A DNA stretch of 64,000 bases, from positions 90,424,491-90,488,490 of the forward strand of contig NC_092374.1 in the NCBI RefSeq assembly GCF_030028105.1, in the 5' to 3' direction. The translations under genes were made by a program, and so were the position numbers. Under the pieces are notes generated by a model. That model ran no database searches. It had not been told where the DNA came from and saw nothing but the letters and a program-made list of their open reading frames with translations. Every line of letters starts with the position of its first letter. Position 1 is the stretch's first letter. The DNA is from Mobula birostris. Its lineage: Eukaryota. Shown piece by piece: positions 63,317 through 64,000 of the stretch.

Positions 63317-64000
63317 TCGGGAGATCTAGAGGAAGCCTGTGTAGTTTCTCTCCAGCCTGTGAAGTTGGAGTCTTGGAACACTTGGTATATTGTGCCATCT
63401 GAATTATATCATTGTGTTAAGTGCATATCAAGTGTAAGACTCATTGCATCTAGTGGCATGATCTTGGAGGTGGTGCCCACTCCCCAGCCAAACTTTAGCA
63501 CTCTTGTTTGGGTGGGTGCTGCGTGTTGTGTCCCCTGTGTAACATCAGTACCCCGAAATAACACTCTCCTCCCACCAAATTTAGTCATGTCCTCATGACT
63601 TTTAAATAACTCACCAACCCTTCCTGCAGACACAAAAACCCAATCCAGGTACAAACAGTGACATTGCTCCCCAAACAGTAGACCTCATGCCCTGTTCCCC
63701 AGGCACTACACAGGCCAACTTATCTGGGAGTTTCCTAATCTTCCGAGACCTCCGTACCCCCTCACCTAAACCCTTTAGGCTCAGACTCTACTGGGGATAC
63801 CTCGGGTCTCCTTACCAAATCCTCTCTCAATCTCTCACTCATGCCCCCACTACAACCCTCTCACCTGACTCAGTGGGAGAAGAGCCAGGAGCCTCTTCAT
63901 CCAACAAGGGGAAGTTAGCGAAAGGCAGCATGTACCACACCTCCATCTCACCATCCGTCGAACATATATGCTTCCCCTTTTCCTCTACCGGTAGCTGCTG

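Noticed and set aside
63221-63410. Alternative frame from the second AG giving a soluble C-terminus
   Set aside because: The first AG (cag) follows the pyrimidine tract directly and is the expected acceptor; no support for the second.
63632-63640. RSS nonamer acaaaaacc near Ig-like exons
   Set aside because: No heptamer at 12 or 23 spacing; both V exons include the G strand and end in splice donors, so they are not rearranging segments.
1-64000. CRISPR arrays, rRNA genes, snoRNAs, prokaryotic operons
   Set aside because: None seen; recurring motifs are dispersed eukaryotic retroelement tails, not regularly spaced repeats.

Overview
Repeat-dense vertebrate genomic DNA, most consistent with a cartilaginous fish (inferred from the CR1/Rex1/Penelope/SINE spectrum; not verified). 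Most of the window is decayed mobile elements: CR1, Rex1-like, Tx1, Penelope, Tc1, Tigger, Harbinger, hAT and several SINEs, often nested. One credible protein-coding gene can be assembled by hand on the + strand from phase-compatible exons (25793/25921, 43592, 45051, 61001, 63219). It encodes a ~280-290 aa immunoglobulin-superfamily surface protein with a signal peptide, one canonical V domain, one V-like domain lacking the canonical disulfide, and a hydrophobic C-terminus resembling a GPI signal. The most unusual observations are: (i) a 166-bp CYHR1/ZFTRAF1-like coding fragment whose two halves are in circularly permuted order inside a SINE-like element, suggesting integration from a circular template; (ii) many Penelope-borne minimal hammerhead ribozymes, including one intact copy and a TSD-flanked double-hammerhead palindrome; (iii) a young Tx1 element splitting a Penelope RT, and a hAT-like element with a 6-bp TSD. 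All homology calls are from recalled motifs, not database searches. Boundaries of old repeats are approximate.
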